28,396 bases of DNA from Candidatus Thorarchaeota archaeon. GTDB lineage: Archaea; Asgardarchaeota; Thorarchaeia; Thorarchaeales; Thorarchaeaceae. This document shows positions 26,581 through 28,396 of the stretch, one piece after another; positions within the stretch are counted from its first letter, which is position 1; each line of letters opens with the position of its first letter. The stretch is taken from NCBI GenBank assembly GCA_003345555.1, contig PRDJ01000069.1, positions 1 through 28,396 of the forward strand. The letters run 5' to 3'. The notes below the pieces were generated by a model. It was not told the DNA's origin. It searched no databases and worked only from the letters and a program-made list of their open reading frames with translations. A program made the position numbers and the translations under genes.

Positions 26581-28290
26581 ATGAATGCGCTACAACTTAT
26601 TAGATCCAGTAGAAAAGCGAAGGCACTGCTTGTCGGTGTCATTGTCCTAATACTTGGTATTGTTTCGACTTTCTCTTTGACATACTATGCGGATGCTGAA
26701 CATCCCTATACAATCGTGCATCACACACTTGAGTCCGGTGATGGAACTCTCATTCAAGCACTAGTGTATACGCCGGTTGACACTTCCAGCACCTGTCCGG
26801 GTGTTGTAGTTGGACATGGGTTCTGCGAAAACAAGCAATACATGCAACCACTGTCGATCGAGCTTGTAAAACGAGGCTTCGTGGTTGTAAACATTGACTT
26901 TCGTGGACATGGATCTTCTGAAGGTTATCTGAGTGATTTTGAGCGGAGCAATGGACTTGTCCTGGATATGCTGGCCGGAGTGGAATACCTAGAAGACCTA
27001 GGATTTGTAGATAGAATCGGATTGGCAGGGCACTCAATGGGTGGCGGCACCTCGATGCTCACTGCATCACAAAATCCAACGAGGATTAATGCAACGGTTG
27101 CTATTGGAGCGCTTTCGACGTTCTCTTCAACTGGCAATATCTCTAGTGTGCCAAACCTTCTTGCTGTATTCGCCTTATACGACCAGGGGATAACCCGGGA
27201 TGAAGGTCTAAGTTTCCTGAGATCATACACAGGACATGAGGATGTTGAGATTGGTACCCTATACGGGAATTTCGGAGATGGGAATGCCACAAAGGTGTCT
27301 ATAAGTCCATACTCGGAGCATCTCCTAGAGCCAATTGACTCTTCGATCATCTATGAAGCAGTTCAGTGGTTTGAGTACGCTTTCAATGGAGCGCCAGGAA
27401 CAGATGTCCGGATAACTGCACAATACCTCATCGTATCCCTCATCGTTTCACTCACTGGATTGCTTCTAGTTCTGTTCACATTCGTATCATACTTGGGAAG
27501 TTACATCTTCAAAGGAAGACAGGTACATCCTAGAGCATTGGAGGATAGTGGGAAGTCCCCACTCAGGCCGATTCTGGGATACTTGCTCGCAGCATTCATG
27601 GCCTTTGCTCTCTTGATCCCATCCTCTGCCTTCTTTATGGATGTCGCGCCTATTACTATGTTCAACTCTGTCTTTGCGGGTCAGGCCGTCGGACTTGCCC
27701 TTGGAGTTGTAGTGGTGTCAATCCTTCTTTCATACAAAGGTGGTAGATTACAACTGCAGAGGATACTAACAAGAATCAAGGAGATGACATCGACTTCACC
27801 CTACTTATCACTGGTGTATGGAGTCATCACTGGAATAGTGAGCATAAGTGCATTAATAGCTGTATTTGACTGGAGTATCGTAGCCTCGATGCCCACTACA
27901 AGAGAAGTCGGAGTCATCTTCTCACTTGTGTTTCTGCTGTTTCCATTTTTCTTCCTGAGGGAGTTCTATCTACGTGGTTTCATTCAAGAACGCCTAGAGT
28001 ATTCCAGTAGGATCAGAGAGTACTTCACAATGCTGGTTATTGCAGTACTCATTGACACCTTGGTATTCATTCCTGTCATGATGATTGGTTGGCAATCGGT
28101 ATCTCTCTCCTTCGTTGCTCTGGCTCTGACAGCTGTGACTCTGTTCATAATCTTCCAACAGGTACTGACTACATGGGTCTACATGAATTCAGGTCGGAAT
28201 ATCCTTGGATCGACTGTCTTCTACTGCATCCTTTTCGCGTGGATGGTGATTTGCTTCTATCCATTTGGTCAACCCATGATGCTTCTGTAG
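26581..28290 (+). CDS. Membrane-anchored alpha/beta hydrolase fused to a C-terminal multi-TM domain
   Basis: N-terminal TM, VVVGHGF, DFRGHGSS, GHSMGG, EHL; about 8 C-terminal TMs. Confidence 0.85.
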   Translation: MNALQLIRSSRKAKALLVGVIVLILGIVSTFSLTYYADAEHPYTIVHHTLESGDGTLIQALVYTPVDTSSTCPGVVVGHGFCENKQYMQPLSIELVKRGFVVVNIDFRGHGSSEGYLSDFERSNGLVLDMLAGVEYLEDLGFVDRIGLAGHSMGGGTSMLTASQNPTRINATVAIGALSTFSSTGNISSVPNLLAVFALYDQGITRDEGLSFLRSYTGHEDVEIGTLYGNFGDGNATKVSISPYSEHLLEPIDSSIIYEAVQWFEYAFNGAPGTDVRITAQYLIVSLIVSLTGLLLVLFTFVSYLGSYIFKGRQVHPRALEDSGKSPLRPILGYLLAAFMAFALLIPSSAFFMDVAPITMFNSVFAGQAVGLALGVVVVSILLSYKGGRLQLQRILTRIKEMTSTSPYLSLVYGVITGIVSISALIAVFDWSIVASMPTTREVGVIFSLVFLLFPFFFLREFYLRGFIQERLEYSSRIREYFTMLVIAVLIDTLVFIPVMMIGWQSVSLSFVALALTAVTLFIIFQQVLTTWVYMNSGRNILGSTVFYCILFAWMVICFYPFGQPMMLL

Positions 28291-28396
28291 ATGGATGTGT
28301 TCCTATACAAATCACAGGAGTCCCGAGACCGCGGGCTCTCATATGGAGCGATAGCTCGGCTGCTGTACAAGCGATTCGGAAGATCTTGGGATATCA

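Noticed and set aside
252-27350. Many 60-220 aa ORFs antisense to or nested in called genes (e.g. 3394-4053, 14641-15132, 16089-16547, 22317-22760)
   Set aside because: Shadow frames of well-supported genes, with no independent motifs.
28291-28396. Open frame from ATG 28291 to the window edge (MDVFLYKSQ...RSWDI)
   Set aside because: Only 35 codons are visible, there is no SD, and it overlaps a possible terminator hairpin; it cannot be called.
1-28396. CRISPR array, tRNA/rRNA, IS element or integrase
   Set aside because: No regularly spaced repeats, cloverleaf or rRNA signatures, DDE/tyrosine/serine recombinase motifs or terminal inverted repeats were seen.

Overview
Archaeal chromosomal window of moderate GC. 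TATA boxes, GAGGTGA-type SD sites, a COG3432-type wHTH, multi-TM orphan kinases and a Pelota-like protein support an archaeal origin; the repertoire resembles Asgard Thorarchaeia, but that assignment is inference. About 27 genes are supported. Left part: msrA 3' end, an ICMT-family methyltransferase coupled to a degenerate histidine kinase, a metallophosphoesterase, DUF362, an intact multi-TM histidine kinase, an MBL hydrolase, a surface protein, and ywbE followed by an N-terminally truncated Pelota/aRF1-like protein. The 11.4-25.4 kb part looks like a plastic export/hydrolysis region: two ABC exporters, two membrane-protein+wHTH pairs, an arginase-like enzyme, DUF998, and a divergent TetR/esterase pair with two tandem operators. 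It carries internal duplication scars that the ORF track does not show: a 35-bp duplicated promoter, a 179-bp direct repeat of an ICMT 5' end, and a decayed copy of the 12.2-12.4 kb gene junction at 24.3-24.6 kb. I found no transposase, integrase, CRISPR array, tRNA or rRNA. All family calls come from motif recognition by eye and all identities from hand alignment; no database searches were run.
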